This document shows, piece after piece, positions 12,001-18,818 of a stretch of DNA of 60,484 bases. Origin of the DNA: an uncultured Bacteroidaceae bacterium (GTDB lineage: Bacteria; Bacillota; Clostridia; Christensenellales; CAG-917); assembly GCA_964592815.1 (NCBI GenBank), contig CAZQGE010000002.1, positions 1 through 60,484 on the forward strand, written 5' to 3'. A program made the position numbers and the translations under genes. Within the stretch, counting starts at the first letter, position 1. Each line of letters starts with the position of its first letter. Under the pieces are notes generated by a model, which did no database searches, was not told the DNA's origin, and was given only the letters and a program-made list of their open reading frames with translations.

Positions 12001-15000
12001 TGAAAGCTACAAGATTGAAAGTGCGTTGAAATTTAGTACTGTAGATGGTTCTAAGTCTATCAACTCATTCAGTAATATCGACCCGTTGTCACTTCCATTC
12101 GACGGTAGCAGCGTATCATTGATGGAATACGTTGATAGTATGAAGAAGTTGGACGGCAGATACGTAAGTGGAAAAGGATTTACTCTTGACGTAAAGTGGG
12201 ATTTAACTGAACTTGAAAAAGCAATGAACACAATCAAGAATTCTGCTGGCAAGTTTGATTACTATAAGGGCTTGTCTTGCAACGTTAAGGCTTACGTCGG
12301 ATATAACTACTTCAAGAACGACTATGTGACAGATAACAGCGGAAAGGTAATTTACGGCTTTAATGGCACAGGTTCAACAGACGCAAACTTTGTTGACCCA
12401 GGTTACATTGCACAGGTTTTGGACGTTCGTATTAGTCTTGCGAGCAGAGAATTTAGCTCTCTTGGCTCAAACAGCTTTGTTATTGACCCGTACAATGAAA
12501 ATACATACCTTGCAAACGGCGAATTTAACAACAACGTATTCGACGGTCAAAAAGTCGGAATTTACTTCAAGGGTAACGTTAAAGAACAAGAATACACCGT
12601 CGGGGACGCAGCCTCTGCTATAACCTTTGATTTGCCTTATGTTTTGAATGCTGACGGAACTTACGAAAAAGGTTCAATCAATGTTTCTAAGTTAAGCTAC
12701 GCAGGTTATTCAGATAGTCTTGACAGATATATTAAGATTGTCATTGGAAATGCTTCAAGTGGACAACAAGTAAAATATGTCAAACTTAATTTCTACTCAA
12801 TGACAGCGTCAACAACAAACTTAACCATTGAAGATACGTTCAACCCTGAATGGTACAATGCAAGCCAATATGACAAGCTATCTGTTTACTTCAAAGCAGG
12901 CAAAGGCTTTATGCACAATATGGACATAAACTGGACTGATGCGAACGGAAATAGACTTGTCAAATACTACACAAATTCTAAGTTGACAAAAGAAGTTTCT
13001 GACATAAGTAGCGGCGGCGTATATTATGCAACCGTAACTGCTAACGTTAAGAATGCTGCTGGCAACGCTATCGGTAACGTAATTGATAGCAATGGAAAAC
13101 AAGTTTCTCAAAGCATTACTCTTAAACTTATTGTCAACGAAAAGCAAATAAAGAGAGCGGCAGATGGCTCTGTAACTTCACACAAAGTGTTATTCTTGAA
13201 TACACCTACTGACATTTACGGAAACGGCGAAATAGCTACCAACCCAATTTATACGACGGCATATCTTGCTGACCTCAACAATTATACGTCAGACATTTAT
13301 GCTCCAGTTGGTAATGGATACAGCTTGAATCCTTTGTTTATAAACGATAATACGCTTACAAACAACTACTTCAAAGTCGGAAATTGGGGCAATGGCAAGA
13401 CGGGTACGGCAGTTAAAGTCGAACTTGCAAACGGAAACGTCGAACTTGCCTACGTAAAAGAGTGGACAGTTGATTCCAGATTGGCATTCAATACCCTTAC
13501 TGGTGGTACGTATAACGTCAGCCTTGTAGTTGGTTCTCAAACTATTACTACAACTTTGAAGGTTGCCGATTACACAGTTTCAAACTATACGTTGGGTGCA
13601 TCTTCGTTGACTGCGGTTGAAGGTGATTTGTTCAGCTTCAATTCACAAGAAAAGTGGAATTTGCCGACAAAAGCTAACTTGGTTTTGAACACGGGCGCAA
13701 CTGTTGCAGACGTTGACAAGATTAAACTTAACGATGTCGCAATCACTTGGTTGGATATGTCCGCTCCTAACGCTTTTGAAACTGACACAGTTGGAAACTT
13801 CAAGTTTATTAGACGCTCTTTCAAGGTGTTCGCAGGTACGCCTTACGAACAAACCTTTGAAATTAGAATTAGACTTGACGGCATCAACAATGAACTTACA
13901 GGTCATACGCTTAACAGTTTGACGCCAGAATTATCGTTGACAGACAGCAGTTGGAAATTGCCTGAAACGGCAACAGTAAATTATGCAAACGGAACGACAA
14001 GTAACAACGTTTCAGTAGTTTGGGACAGCAACAGCTTGCCTAACGCTGCTGAAATGAAGGCTGGTACATTCACAAGAAGTTATACGCTTGCTGGCGGAAT
14101 TTACAGCGGTTCGGTAACGTTTACAATTGCAAACTTCACAATGACGGATTGGGACGTTAACAGCGCAGCTGATGGAAAGACGTTTGCTTATACTCTTACG
14201 GCAGACAAGTTCTACAAAGGTTTGCCGACAACTGTTAAGATTAACGCAACTACTGACGCAACTATTACTTGGAATAACGTAACTTACGGCAACGAGGGCT
14301 TGACCAATAAATTAGTTGTGGCAACTTTAGGTTTGGCAAACGGCAATGTGGATATTGACGTTAACCTAACCGTCAGGGCTGCAACGTTCAATTCATTGAT
14401 TAAGGAAAGCGTAATATTTGACGTGTTCAACCCCAATTTTGACGGAGTTGGAACGAACTTGTTTGTTTCTGGAAGTGAAGTTGACGTTAAGGTAAACAAT
14501 GGCGTTGCTGTTGAAAACGGAAAAGCAACTATTTATTACAACAAAGCGAAGTTATATGAAAACCTTGTTTCCAAACTTGGAAAGAGAGTTAGTGTTCCTA
14601 TGACAATCGACTATGGCTATGGCAGAGAAAGTATTGAAGTTGAAGTTCAATATATTGACAGAAGTGCGGAATATCCGAAGAGCTTGGATTTGCGCGCGAT
14701 AGTCCTTGATACGTTTGAACATTCAGATTTCAGTTATTTGCCAAATGTTGTCTCGATGGTTACAGGTAACGGCGATTTGTTTGATATGTACGTCGAATGG
14801 CCAAGTGCAAGTTTCGTCGATAAGTACAAACTAAACGGTTATTATAACGGAGCAAACCATATGGTTAAAGCCAGCTACTACGTTGTTGACAATGATATTG
14901 GCACTTACGGAATAGCGGGTAAAGACGACCTTAACAAGAATATCTATAAACTTATTTCTGAAATTGAAGGTTATAGCGGAGATAAATATGTCCAAATAAC

Positions 15001-17605
15001 ACAAATGGTTAATATTCCAATCACTATAATGGCAAACAAGATAAAATCTGTTAATTTCTATTATGGTGACAACCCCAACTATAAACTTGCTTCAATTGAA
15101 AACAGAATAATAAAAGAAGTTCACACTTATGTAGGACAAAACGCAAATAAGAATTACTTTGAAATTGAATACGGCAGATTGTCAAAAATTCCAACCGACT
15201 TCAACTTCTTCAACCCGTATGCCTATGACAGAGATGAACTTCCTAAACAAGTATTAGTTAAGTTCGGCGACAATAATTTGGAACGTAAGTATTATGCTAA
15301 GTATGTTCCAAAAACAGCAAAAGACACATTTGACAACAGTCAGATAGTTTCAACTGCCGACAAGACCTATAACGTTATTGTAGAAATTTACAATAACGCA
15401 GGTTTGACAGGAAAAGTGTTGACGTCGTTTGAAATTGAAATAAATATTTCTAGACTTGAACTGACTGAAAACAACTCTGACCTTACGTCAAAGTACCTCG
15501 ACTTTGAGACTAAGCCAAGATATACGTTCGACGTATATTCGTCGTACGCTGACAGTATGTTTGTTACAAGCTATTATGAAGGTGGCGTATTCAAGTCCAA
15601 CTATATGAGCGAAAACGGCATACTTAAAGGCAACACAGAAAAAGGCGTCACAAACTATATTGGCGGACACTTTGTCAAATATGGTGACTGGGTAGCCACA
15701 GAACAAGGTATGAAGTATCTTGCTGATGGTTCGTCACTCTACAAGTTGTTGGGTGAAGGTTCAACCACGTACTACTACAACAAGGTCGGCAAGGATTATC
15801 AATACTCTACTGTTCTTGACGTAGCAAACAGTTATGTATACGCTTATATTGATACGCAAGTGTTAGAAGTTAACAACTGGAATACTAAGTGGAAATTAGG
15901 TGGAACAAGCTACGGTTATGACAGCACCCACGCTGTGATAACGGCTAGTGTTGCAGGAATGTCTGTAAATGGAATGAAACTGAACAGCGCAAGCGAGAAC
16001 ATAAAAGTTCAAGTTAAGTTGGTTGGTAAGAAATTTACGACTGCTGACTTTGACACATATCCAAACACGACAGTATTCAACGGAGTAAATAACTTTGTTG
16101 TAAACTATGACTCGTTTGGAAGCGTCAACTTGTTTGAGCGTCAACCATACACTGCTTTTGCTGGAACACGCTATAAGAGGAAAGTTGACAGAAGTTTCTC
16201 GATTGACAATACTCGCGGTCAATATGCAAAGTACACAGGCATAAAGTATTCAAAGAACGTTAGCACAAATACGTTTGTTGAGGATGTAAACGGTACTTAT
16301 GGACTTCAAAACGGTCAGTACGTTGCGCTTGATGAATATTTGGGTAATAGTTATATCCGACTTGAATACTACTATGGCGTACGTTATTCTAAGTACTCTG
16401 ACGGAAAATACTATGTAGACAGAAATGGACTTTACGGTATCAACGAAAAACTAGATTATTATCAATTATCAAAACTTGAACTTGGTAAGTACACTTATTT
16501 CCCGATGAATTACAAACTCACGGGCAAAGACGGTACTGATATCCTTGTACCTATTACTTGGAATTTTGATACAGTTAATATTTCGTATAAGGGCGGAACG
16601 AGTGAGTTCAGCGCATTGGTCAACGCAAACAATGAGTACAACTTTGGTTCTAACGATATTGGAACGCAAACGTTGAAGTTCACGATTAACGTTACACCAA
16701 GAACTGTTGTTAAGACTGATAGCAATATGTGCGGTATAGCAACAGAAGGAACTGGTGTTGGACTTGCAACAGCTGGCACTCAAAACAGCACGCTCAGAAA
16801 TATGGAAGGCTATGCTGGACATATCACAAAGGACGTTTCTGGCAACTATGTAATTCCGTCTGGACAAACTTATATTTATCCTTACGACTATGTACAACGT
16901 GATTTGCCGAACTACATTGACGTAATCATCAAAGACGGTGCAAGCAGCGTAGTTAAGAGGTTCACAGTTGGTGGCGGTGACGGAACAGTTACAAACAATG
17001 CAGACTATGAAAACACAAACAAGACGTTTATGTTGAAATGGAACTTGTCAGAATTCAACCCGACTTACAAAGGTGGCATAATACACTTGATTGCAGTTTT
17101 GATTGGACCAGACGGCTCACAACAAAACTTGAGAATTCCGTTCTTGGTAAATCGTCAAATGGCAAGTCGTATTGAGTCTATCGGAACAAGAGCGTCTGTT
17201 GAAAGTTTTGTACGCGACGTTGCAAATGACGGTGCAGTAATAGGAAATGCTTACGAAGTAAAGAGAAGTGTTGCAATCTCCTACAACTTGCCAACAGCCT
17301 ACAACGTAACATTCAACAGTTTTGCTCCAACCAAAGTCAATATGGAAAAGAACAAAGTGTTAGAGTGGAAGGAAATCAAGAAGACAAGCGAACAGGTTGG
17401 AAACGCGATAACTGCTGCACAAATAGACCAATACACAGCAACGATTGCAAATGCTGACAAGTACAGTAAAGTGTTCAACTATTTAAGTGTTGATATGCCT
17501 GCAAGCTATGACAAGACAAATCCGACACTTGGATTTAGCGGAAAAGCAATAATCCGACTTGGAACAAATCAATCTATTACAACAAACTTTACAGTAATAG
17601 CATAA
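2..17605 (+). CDS. Giant repeat-rich, Cys-poor, probable extracellular/surface protein. 5'-partial: at least 5,867 aa visible and the N-terminus lies upstream of the window.
   Basis: The ORF track starts at the first Met (329). Hand translation of the same frame from nt 2 (KLIVPLEERFSKITENNGVNYRQS...QLGQYMVGLG) has no stop, so the frame is open to the window edge. Stop TAA at 17603-17605. About 10 Cys in more than 5,700 aa. Rich in Y/N/K/G/D. Confidence 0.9.
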   Translation, partial: KLIVPLEERFSKITENNGVNYRQSTNGDYAKIAESTIPYAIKDYKLYKKSGEQYTQITAKDFVAGTTYIFVDNIAKEVQYLCVKEEGYTKTKEGNLVNVVTKYNQLGQYMVGLGIDIGAANLSLKIGALGLEIGNAKSMLPSYIKNQKSHDGTTNVTVVPYDETTITANISVELDISATAGKLNIGKILGTILGDLDGVKLQVPSETMLDSSVVKLRLDLQLLIDLSDLMNSQLILKLVGVNKYGFDKLILGVYYLQDTIYIDGSYLNIPKIRISGLKISKIIGDLIGKVSGSTASTTEDLLDKLTSRANGAMTAAGSSTSKPLGAMVILDKRSLTIKVGDALIEYIINLLLKGSIDLSEVLDKLNAELMIEMNLVKEEKGVKNELPTLGITAGINFNDIRYERIADSTTLKNAAAMVRYTGTPSEVVSEYTFARFDSSSIFYQYTANDKITNDTDKYKAVEVFKGDDGKWHVGSVSGTIIESPILCQLKHSNVGLGLAIKYLDVEFAHSLAPLFTAAELSDYVGLNNLEKISLSEKIDITTGFDSSSDINLNELIQYFFPDVDPSSLQVLIQALSDNGGDVNRKLELGLQLDLKVGALIKYMKQYVKVNDSTVANEKLASLIKTFNKLQGDDGTGYKETVSILDVIVLIMGAVEGKMNILTLTDFLSLSIELNTIIDKDGDGLFYPEGGVDDKHLMVGAYLIEGEYKLLSDKPETLNKDSFDYIATTQRFSHYYKDMNGGYRYDADTKDYVMAEKSFKGVRYSYDAANYYRNPFGEAYRVNGGLYVNLSYFNMPGIYVSDENVNNLLASALKLNNKGNSAMEAGDSSNASTTADITLPLLSEQLSSYLKVLLYGINFTSNYLRVLVASDFINQLLGMLIKDNKLQFNNFDFVNQPYLSVNYDRQEYVMIASAEGQTGAVLQDKIYNIAVESTKELGDYVINANGEFVYKVSLTPDELNTYGGKFYKTYKSYIKVGGEYIAYAKAGSYEKATCDKVAGQNVPQFFYHDGTNYVAYGSAYSIVHKLYRTEPLIGLQIYVFNYELGINIGMPKLVATSYDYKPISGQLLTNNSDYPMGIYTAKNGYLNGDVFKTTYRRVEMPREIYSSEKPVEFKEGNAAYKKYYVNADSSGEYYIDGKYLIKFAEGEKKDYHGTTYSLTQTANAGTVYYDVYYTRASGTTNDKEILDKRNEILADNANGKYVNSDNIFYVSAIVRGSFSMDTNFDFDKYYRAYNSATDQGKQRYTYTHGSYVESATGNFVKAENYEGVNESLSEVLGGLLGNLTGKFVSPANFTADISFEIKLNLAFELNFVPSLNLRIRDIDLAIDMWRRENDAKDGSDGSVTHMIGIYYDHDTETGKAGAYIDLSYLLGPDAKIYIDMSDMPVETLLSELLNGVFNKKPATGAATAADPESVIPIANPNMVSAFLNIYSNAIAINIAASFVKMLVGMLLPEQSNIINALPNFKVYVKANMNPYDLILGLVLFNEQGTKAVLKGELKLEGFNGVPYVSSELDFGTEEKYAGKVDYNDPNYIFYYANFKRDDVNGTYFKYDKGTYGDISVAIPGKGYTEKVDQAFNTERRYKKGDYKYEAVVEPTLYSGKIYRETTPGSQEMVPLSNDFVYQTLLEKGIINSYKKGLYIKNNDGSYSYKSKMQLVGFIGYRGSVYSLKDGKVANSQAASDYVNLGEYIPMLTSGTIFNYFRANENTLNVNYNQKGSIHIVDENGKFVQVSMQELLNYGKYKKVADGVNFKYVPVNGNTEASVDGKVYKRVENFTEFSKFMDLNLDEIMNTPNFNINTLLSSLAENVENIGVGANLNLLMTLDDIINWSYQLTKFVETNEIGNKIYFLATSLQEQSKTNFKSKIGIDLSLKAYLNVGNFVYNLGGNIGKMLAGTKLYIKMVYNTNFHGEENAVTQIYAEISETGKLAVYLDLSDISRIVGLGDFFGKMKVELDLANILAGGDFALSSGDNAVTAAASSTGLLPQNIWNIIEMAFGSLVFANDTLSIGLRSDLFAKILTQFVPDGSMDSIAKYLPKLRETFDHSTSGLSINFAGDSPSIEFNLGFITGIDQFNEITSFNKTDGTIDYADTIAKYNKVGEKFVLSPDGTYYKYADESWSMLEYAQPKFQGLRYKLTTQTVDGKLQEVYTVVGEGSSLDKNDGMLYKDIENGWISKDVNGEYYTFNTATHRNNYFASYSIQEDVNGTLFAAVNKEGEILYYTSEKPALTNGKRYKIAEQRNKDYSLNYYLDNQVYRAFTQTTVAEKQAFIENNCFKYFDGYKVDVNGWYYLDGATYKRFVSAEQKAEYIGTKFTNTRVGRYIKLGDFNMMLKIGDLALSVNQNIDNLKEETIFQNASEADYTNVVKSKLELSISIDLSVYGAEKPDNYADLSGILDMILAFAAPSLGLSGSSLKILIDGLLGHESGPTYRLDLKAFLDLEDFSKTEVLLELNKYRMYSGVTPIPVSNIIRAYLANDSIYADLTGLLGADSNAKLKISGLGLSSILYKALGKVLGREATVGENNAQTAGHANLPTIDGNKDEAQKNFNSLDVAYMIIAVNPQKICLQFNLEIINAIYSKICALRGEEPKFKLPDLGEIFIYADSTVPNITGSGLDSTDKKYRGGFMVKFSDGFYFSADINTLAINKGVDATGVHNAYISQTELNNYTEAFNIKTGELKLQNIGLSLGLSFTMTSKGLYPGDGEFIKVSEEEAVSLAAAERYSMSTVTVPSDPNMLADGIYAVQSGNKFVKTDKSKLIAGTTAYKFTQDAAGLYKFFDYHANSMAGWMNKTLGSLLSGVGPFGQFETYAGTFKTNDDGTKDYSVYSGKLYYKKDVTKNDYTLVENNASVNATLQLYTFKAAEINMIFANKAIRVDVQVDATINLGAILKYGIAGILSSDISLKVTHGEAKTTLLNIYYLGSSSLTKTGNIYTLQNNSNGLFSDAIYIDATGLGIGKIKFQGLTGLLGANQPMNTASDRAQSTADIKSTSENGTTSADNGALNPMFIEITMQNGRIGLTIKRSVIDTIFAIANLKLPFELPDIQFVTLNMNYDSKGGTGFKSLEIKAELDKVGTGADIAISPISLDLKNGKANKTAIYNEIKSGYAGVTFSKTAGAMYLIQNILDNLAPNIAIHIDKRSTTTFFRGTFGGSQMSAVEGRATNEGSATLVVQRRRYSTVDKKFDDNNTNYPYRLIADLSANFDGVALGVKVVISANDILLTGIQLESGLQAILNAVNVIPIRGDNGAPILDLIKGTGDNDRWGYPSNETAQSTGDGGNALSAGEGSFTYNDQTGKYNYSPDLTGLIKKLDLNLFTPYGYLPYYNGMGDIDVNSADSTKYMSIKVTFDKDSFNELLIMLYVIILGLMQEATDANTVGVQYFVDIRKIMNQTDGNTWRDAVNAKLDVGNGDMTVSTKNQYNQIMKAFATKKTTAERVEFMKIIIPSIPFSLIQWLMYDVVKLSKSVMVLAGIAGNTLGNLGRLPASILPIPFATQDAYANIYIDLDPTNATYGLSADKKMQPGIQAIELMINCSKPTAGGTLVKPAAASTQQENSLKNEYFFLRINPYANENANAGKLLDFAESQTAEKVSGQVDPPTEIIINDPAKREGYAKYGERQVPVLLNNEYFSNSTLYPQKAKVTFTNGSNSLGDPNNQNENTKGTQIIWDSSSVDLTSRDDNGIAGYVYGYALNTVLYAIPVRVTDKFMLNNVYSYTNNGTGWQQSTIRVDMHNPESTSLPELARIKFNGGGTWTFANAYKNKSDKAMNAILDYGNRSLESNHIVETVYKLVDGKYYALTLSEMSLYRGEYYLLEDAYFKGDETNGTYYVKNDGDRKLYTEDSTVGGSKYYLKRGKMVKQEGNFDGRAKVIYNNLLDQKGKAITNYANADKGRYVIVPAYQTALQYTTISDVELVNFKDYVYKKVGETYVRMTGAEIKTYTGQKYKVLTEKVGDKEYCVLDFSKLPKGNAFPVGTISWDNKNFVYGWTTESVSIGLTYQWGLSETVKTEVYLPVESYKIESALKFSTVDGSKSINSFSNIDPLSLPFDGSSVSLMEYVDSMKKLDGRYVSGKGFTLDVKWDLTELEKAMNTIKNSAGKFDYYKGLSCNVKAYVGYNYFKNDYVTDNSGKVIYGFNGTGSTDANFVDPGYIAQVLDVRISLASREFSSLGSNSFVIDPYNENTYLANGEFNNNVFDGQKVGIYFKGNVKEQEYTVGDAASAITFDLPYVLNADGTYEKGSINVSKLSYAGYSDSLDRYIKIVIGNASSGQQVKYVKLNFYSMTASTTNLTIEDTFNPEWYNASQYDKLSVYFKAGKGFMHNMDINWTDANGNRLVKYYTNSKLTKEVSDISSGGVYYATVTANVKNAAGNAIGNVIDSNGKQVSQSITLKLIVNEKQIKRAADGSVTSHKVLFLNTPTDIYGNGEIATNPIYTTAYLADLNNYTSDIYAPVGNGYSLNPLFINDNTLTNNYFKVGNWGNGKTGTAVKVELANGNVELAYVKEWTVDSRLAFNTLTGGTYNVSLVVGSQTITTTLKVADYTVSNYTLGASSLTAVEGDLFSFNSQEKWNLPTKANLVLNTGATVADVDKIKLNDVAITWLDMSAPNAFETDTVGNFKFIRRSFKVFAGTPYEQTFEIRIRLDGINNELTGHTLNSLTPELSLTDSSWKLPETATVNYANGTTSNNVSVVWDSNSLPNAAEMKAGTFTRSYTLAGGIYSGSVTFTIANFTMTDWDVNSAADGKTFAYTLTADKFYKGLPTTVKINATTDATITWNNVTYGNEGLTNKLVVATLGLANGNVDIDVNLTVRAATFNSLIKESVIFDVFNPNFDGVGTNLFVSGSEVDVKVNNGVAVENGKATIYYNKAKLYENLVSKLGKRVSVPMTIDYGYGRESIEVEVQYIDRSAEYPKSLDLRAIVLDTFEHSDFSYLPNVVSMVTGNGDLFDMYVEWPSASFVDKYKLNGYYNGANHMVKASYYVVDNDIGTYGIAGKDDLNKNIYKLISEIEGYSGDKYVQITQMVNIPITIMANKIKSVNFYYGDNPNYKLASIENRIIKEVHTYVGQNANKNYFEIEYGRLSKIPTDFNFFNPYAYDRDELPKQVLVKFGDNNLERKYYAKYVPKTAKDTFDNSQIVSTADKTYNVIVEIYNNAGLTGKVLTSFEIEINISRLELTENNSDLTSKYLDFETKPRYTFDVYSSYADSMFVTSYYEGGVFKSNYMSENGILKGNTEKGVTNYIGGHFVKYGDWVATEQGMKYLADGSSLYKLLGEGSTTYYYNKVGKDYQYSTVLDVANSYVYAYIDTQVLEVNNWNTKWKLGGTSYGYDSTHAVITASVAGMSVNGMKLNSASENIKVQVKLVGKKFTTADFDTYPNTTVFNGVNNFVVNYDSFGSVNLFERQPYTAFAGTRYKRKVDRSFSIDNTRGQYAKYTGIKYSKNVSTNTFVEDVNGTYGLQNGQYVALDEYLGNSYIRLEYYYGVRYSKYSDGKYYVDRNGLYGINEKLDYYQLSKLELGKYTYFPMNYKLTGKDGTDILVPITWNFDTVNISYKGGTSEFSALVNANNEYNFGSNDIGTQTLKFTINVTPRTVVKTDSNMCGIATEGTGVGLATAGTQNSTLRNMEGYAGHITKDVSGNYVIPSGQTYIYPYDYVQRDLPNYIDVIIKDGASSVVKRFTVGGGDGTVTNNADYENTNKTFMLKWNLSEFNPTYKGGIIHLIAVLIGPDGSQQNLRIPFLVNRQMASRIESIGTRASVESFVRDVANDGAVIGNAYEVKRSVAISYNLPTAYNVTFNSFAPTKVNMEKNKVLEWKEIKKTSEQVGNAITAAQIDQYTATIANADKYSKVFNYLSVDMPASYDKTNPTLGFSGKAIIRLGTNQSITTNFTVIA
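773..10678 (+). repeat. Seven divergent protein-level super-repeats (period about 1.4-1.7 kb, or 470-580 aa) inside the giant CDS.
   Basis: Conserved cores at about 773-1065, 2348-2646, 4079-4357, 5771-6063, 7412-7738, 8807-9084 and 10458-10678. Each core has three parts. (i) An IY(I/A)D-L..L.....KI.I.GL motif: TIYIDGSYLNIPKIRISGL, GAYIDLSYLLGPDAKIYIDM, LAVYLDLSDISRIVGLG, SIYADLTGLLGADSNAKLKISGLGL, AIYIDATGLGIGKIKFQGLTGL, ANIYIDLDP. (ii) A small-residue linker with A-x-T/E-A-A/G: GAMTAAG, SAMEAGD, GAATAAD, NAVTAAA, NAQTAGH, RAQSTAD, KPAAAST. (iii) A hydrophobic segment. No near-identical DNA repeats. Confidence 0.75.
10850..17602 (+). other. C-terminal array of at least 12 Ig-like modules (Big_4-like 'LP-x-x-V-x-V ... 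V-x-W' pattern) with Tyr-rich inserts.
   Basis: Examples: YPQKAKVTFTNGSNSLG..IIWDSSSVDL; WNLPTKANLVLNTGATV..VAITWLD; WKLPETATVNYANGTTSNNVSVVWDSNSLP; GLPTTVKINATTDATITWNNV; ELPKQVLVKFGDNN; DLPNYIDVIIKDGAS; NLPTAYNVTFNSF. The protein ends ...NQSITTNFTVIA with no LPXTG and no hydrophobic tail. Confidence 0.6.
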
Positions 17606-17613
17606 TGACAAGA

Positions 17614-17641
17614 TATGAGCAGGGTGAAAGCCCTGCTCATA
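17614..17641 (+). terminator. GC-rich 11-bp hairpin just after the giant CDS. No canonical U-tract.
   Basis: TATGAGCAGGG-tgaaag-CCCTGCTCATA, followed by AATAAAAG rather than a T-run. Confidence 0.4.
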
Positions 17642-17696
17642 AATAAAAGTTAGTTAAGCTAACAAAAATTAAAAAGGTTATTTTTACGGGCTTCTT

Positions 17697-18740
17697 ATGG
17701 ATTTCACTACAACGGCAATAAACGTATTACTTCTGGTAGCTATGTCAATCCCCGGCTTCTTGCTTATGAAAGCCAAGGTTGTTAAGCCAAAGGGAATTGC
17801 ATATTTTTCAGCAGTTTTACTTTATGTTTGTCAACCATTTTTATCATTGCGTAGTTTTTTGCAAGTACAATACGATTTGTCTTTATTAAAGAATTTAGGC
17901 ATAGTTTTTTTATTTTCGTTGCTTGCTCAATTATTTGTGCTTGGAATTATGTGGCTTATATTACGCAAATGGTTTGATAAACCTGATGAAACCGCTACTT
18001 TGATAAAAGACGGTTATCTTTTTGGCAACGTTTACACCAATGAACCTATGCTGTTGGATAAAATAAACTTCACCAAACGAGGCAGAGCATACAGAGTTAT
18101 GGTTCTTACAGCTACTTTTGGTAACGTAGGATTTTTTGGAGTGCCTGTTTTGCAGTTTTTGTTTCCGTCGAACCCCGAAACTATTGCATATTCGGCAGTT
18201 TTTATAGTTTCAATGAACTTGATGTGCTGGACCATTGGTTCTTACATACTTACAGGCGATAAAAAATATGTTAAAGTCAAAAAAGCTATATTAAATCCTC
18301 AAACTTTGATATTGCTTTTGGCTTTGCCTTTGTTTTTTTCAAGGGTTACGATGTCGGCAATGCCTGTGGCTTTTCAAAAAGTGATAAACTTTTTTGCGGA
18401 TATGACTGCACCAATGTGTATGCTAATTCTAGGTATGCGTTTTGCGCTTGCTCCTATGATTGAACTGTTCAAAGATTGGAAAGTTTACGTTGCAACGCTT
18501 GTAAAAATTATGATTTTTCCGTTGCTTACGTTTGCCGTGTTGCTACCTTTTAAGTTAGAACCTACTTTATTTACGACTTTGGTGATATTGTCGGGTATGC
18601 CTTGCGCATCAATAAACCTTAACTTGGCGGAGCTTTATGGTTCAGATCAGAAAACAGCGGCAAATTCCATTCTTTTATCTACTTTTTTCTGTATTATTAC
18701 AATTCCAATTATGATGGCTATCTCTCAGTTGGTTTTATAA
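17697..18740 (+). CDS. AEC (auxin efflux carrier / malate permease-like) family membrane transporter.
   Basis: 347 aa, about 10 hydrophobic segments. N-terminus MDFTTTAINVLLLVAMSIPGFLLMK. C-terminal MPCASINLNLAELYGSDQKTAANSILLSTFF resembles the AEC family signature. Confidence 0.7.
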   Translation: MDFTTTAINVLLLVAMSIPGFLLMKAKVVKPKGIAYFSAVLLYVCQPFLSLRSFLQVQYDLSLLKNLGIVFLFSLLAQLFVLGIMWLILRKWFDKPDETATLIKDGYLFGNVYTNEPMLLDKINFTKRGRAYRVMVLTATFGNVGFFGVPVLQFLFPSNPETIAYSAVFIVSMNLMCWTIGSYILTGDKKYVKVKKAILNPQTLILLLALPLFFSRVTMSAMPVAFQKVINFFADMTAPMCMLILGMRFALAPMIELFKDWKVYVATLVKIMIFPLLTFAVLLPFKLEPTLFTTLVILSGMPCASINLNLAELYGSDQKTAANSILLSTFFCIITIPIMMAISQLVL

Positions 18741-18765
18741 AGTGTCAATCTGTTTCAAATAAGTG

Positions 18766-18793
18766 TTGAAAATTTTTGGTTGTATGTTATAAT
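18766..18793 (+). promoter_or_regulatory. Sigma-A-type promoter for the SPFH operon.
   Basis: -35 TTGAAA (18766-71), 16-nt spacer, TGT then -10 TATAAT (18788-93). RBS AGGAGG lies before the ATG at 18819. Confidence 0.55.
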
Positions 18794-18818
18794 ATTTTTG
18801 TCTAAATAGGAGGTTGCT

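Noticed and set aside
17560-17605. Sortase (LPXTG) or hydrophobic C-terminal anchor for the giant protein.
   Set aside because: The last 40 residues (...GKAIIRLGTNQSITTNFTVIA) contain neither an LPXTG-like motif nor a hydrophobic stretch with a basic tail.
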